A stretch of DNA of 64,000 bases from Epiperipatus broadwayi (taxonomy: Eukaryota > Animalia > Onychophora). The translations under genes and the position numbers were made by a program. Below the pieces are notes generated by a model that was given only the letters and a program-made list of their open reading frames with translations, did not search any database and was not told the DNA's origin. Below, one piece after another: positions 63,843-64,000 of this stretch. How positions within the stretch are numbered: position 1 is the stretch's first letter; each line of letters begins with the position of its first letter. The stretch is taken from assembly GCA_028023455.1 (NCBI GenBank), contig JAQFVV010000005.1, forward strand, positions 14,260,001 to 14,324,000, given 5' to 3'.

Positions 63843-64000
63843 GTAAAAACAAAAAAATTGAAAATATATATTGCATTGCAGTGATTGTATGCCCTCCACA
63901 AGATATTAGAAATAGATATAAATCAAATCTTACTTTATGAGTAATAGTTATTGAAACTGAAACATAGGTAAAGAAATTTGGATGTTGATACCTCTGTAAC

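Noticed and set aside
1-64000. Prokaryotic systems (CRISPR arrays, operons, rRNA)
   Set aside because: No repeat-spacer arrays, dense ORFs or rRNA signatures. The content is eukaryotic repeats.

Overview
Very AT-rich, CpG-depleted eukaryotic nuclear DNA, probably invertebrate or arthropod (inferred from composition and repeat families). It is mostly a transposon graveyard, and I could not support any intact protein-coding gene. Non-LTR retrotransposons: one near full-length APE+RT+zinc-knuckle element (11.4-15.0 kb, minus), two 5'-truncated relatives in tandem (54.1-56.2 kb), and several RTE-type LINE remnants. One RTE (48.8-51.0 kb) has a twin-priming-style internal inversion bounded by an 11-bp TSD. 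DNA transposons and LTR relics: three hAT transposase remnants, a Helitron Rep remnant split by a hAT piece, two Gypsy gag-like remnants and several foldback/MITE hairpins. Small repeats: six copies of a short tRNA-Gly-derived SINE in two subfamilies. Host-derived sequence: two paralogous, disrupted C2H2 zinc-finger arrays (15.7-17.5 kb and 36.2-38.7 kb) and an old ~6-kb segmental duplication (39.8-45.5 kb vs 51.6-58.6 kb) that exposes filled and empty insertion sites. The most interesting signal is a non-coding foldback family with five copies. One copy carries a minimal type I hammerhead-ribozyme-like core (CTGATGA...GAAAC-TA-GTC with palindromic stem III). It co-occurs with a Penelope-like GIY-YIG remnant and other tandem-plus-inverted structures. 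All family assignments are from motif recognition by eye; no database searches were run.
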